Shown: positions 62,989 to 64,000 of the stretch, in pieces
Numbering within the stretch: position 1 is the first letter of the stretch
Layout: each line of letters begins with the position of its first letter
Assembly: GCA_965226885.1 (NCBI GenBank)
Contig: CBDDEL010000010.1
Location: 224,001 to 288,000, forward strand
Origin: Opitutales bacterium
GTDB lineage: Bacteria; Verrucomicrobiota; Verrucomicrobiia; Opitutales; UBA2987
Direction of reading: 5' to 3'
Length of the DNA stretch: 64,000 nucleotides
Program-made: the position numbers and the translations under genes
Notes under the pieces: model-generated
What the model was told of the DNA's origin: nothing
Databases searched by the model: none
What the model saw: the letters and a program-made list of their open reading frames with translations, nothing else

Positions 62989-64000
62989 CCCGGATATTTC
63001 ATGAAGGGTAAAGTTTGGCTCGTTTTGGCTCGTTATTGCTATTGGAGATGGATTTCTTTGTATTTTGAGCAGATCGTCTTGATTTTTAGGTGTTTTTCAG
63101 GGTGTAGAGACACTGCCCCCTTTCCCCCATTGGTTCGGTAGTGCCGGGGGCAGCACCAATGCACCCTTTAGGTTGGCACCAATCGGCGGGCCGCATGGTT
63201 GAAAAGACTGGCCCAAGGATAACTCTCACTTAGGTGAAAGTGAATCGTTCGGGTGTTGCGCACGATGACCGCTCCGATCTTGATTAATTTGAGCCGCAGG
63301 GTGTGGCATTGGGCCCGCGCCCACTTCGTCCCTTTTAAGGCTAACCGGCGCATGGCTTCCATCAAGGTGTAGGCCAGCGCCGACAAGAGCAATCGCCACT
63401 GATTGGCCCACCATTGATGGGCGCTGGTGCGCTCGCTGAACAATTGCATCTGTTCCTTGATTCGGTTCTCCATTTCACCGCGGCCACAGTATACCTTGTC
63501 GTAAAGCTCCTGGGGATCGCCCGGCAGGTTCGTCACCACGAAGCGCGGGTTGGACCCCTGTGCGGTGTGTTCGGCTTTATGGATGACCAACCGCAGCCAT
63601 CGCCACGAATCGGCAGCATAGACGAAGTCCTGGAATAACCGTTGTTTTTTACCCCTTAGTTCGAACCATTCTTTGGCCTGCTTTTGCAACTGCTGGGCGT
63701 CTTGCTGCAAGCGTGCATTGCGAGCCATCCCCACGATGTAACTAACTTCGTTGCGGTCGCACCAAGAGAGTATCCGGTCTCGACAAAATCCACTGTCGGC
63801 GCGCCAAATAATCCGCGTACGGGGCCAGCTTTGGCGAATCCGTTTAACCAGCAATTTGAGGATGGCCCCGGCATGCTTGCTGGCATCGATCTTGCTCGGC
63901 CGCAGGTAGGCCACCAGCAGCTGATCACCGCAAAAAACATATAGCGGCAGAAAACAGTAATGATCATAATAACCGTGGAAAAAACGTCCCTCCTGGAGCC
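62989..64000 (-). mobile_element. IS1380-family element, copy J (transposase ends at 63168; runs off the window)
   Basis: Tandem with copy I via a 4-bp spacer; 10-bp duplication at 63014-63033. Confidence 0.93.

Overview
Bacterial chromosomal window. The protein repertoire and a Trp-rich C-terminal domain suggest Verrucomicrobiota/Opitutales, which is an inference. Positions ~8.8-31.5 kb are mostly housekeeping or metabolic genes (leuCD, exbBD-like, fabV, a DAACS symporter, uvrB, higBA, an NhaC-family antiporter, an EF-G paralog, a flippase, a sulfatase and others) with scattered pseudogenes. Positions ~31.5-64 kb are roughly two-thirds insertion sequence: 8 full copies of a 1567-bp IS1380-family element (plus 1 running off the window edge and 3 end fragments), IS5/ISNCY-like, IS1 and IS3 copies. 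An IS21 and two IS1 fragments lie near the start. Removing the IS layers via their target-site duplications rejoins four genes across their insertion sites (NHL-repeat protein, amidohydrolase, methyltransferase, ImmA/IrrE-like peptidase) and reveals nested composite transposons of 16.8 kb and 4.2 kb. Beneath the IS layer is an integrase-less, dispersed integron-cassette system: three clear attC sites, a group IIC intron 3' end inserted exactly in a fourth attC core, and two copies, 52 kb apart, of a conserved non-hairpin attI-like docking sequence. Other signals include IS1380 self-targeting and tandem dimers, an IS1 needing a +1 rather than -1 frameshift, and frequent de novo 6-18 bp tandem microduplications.
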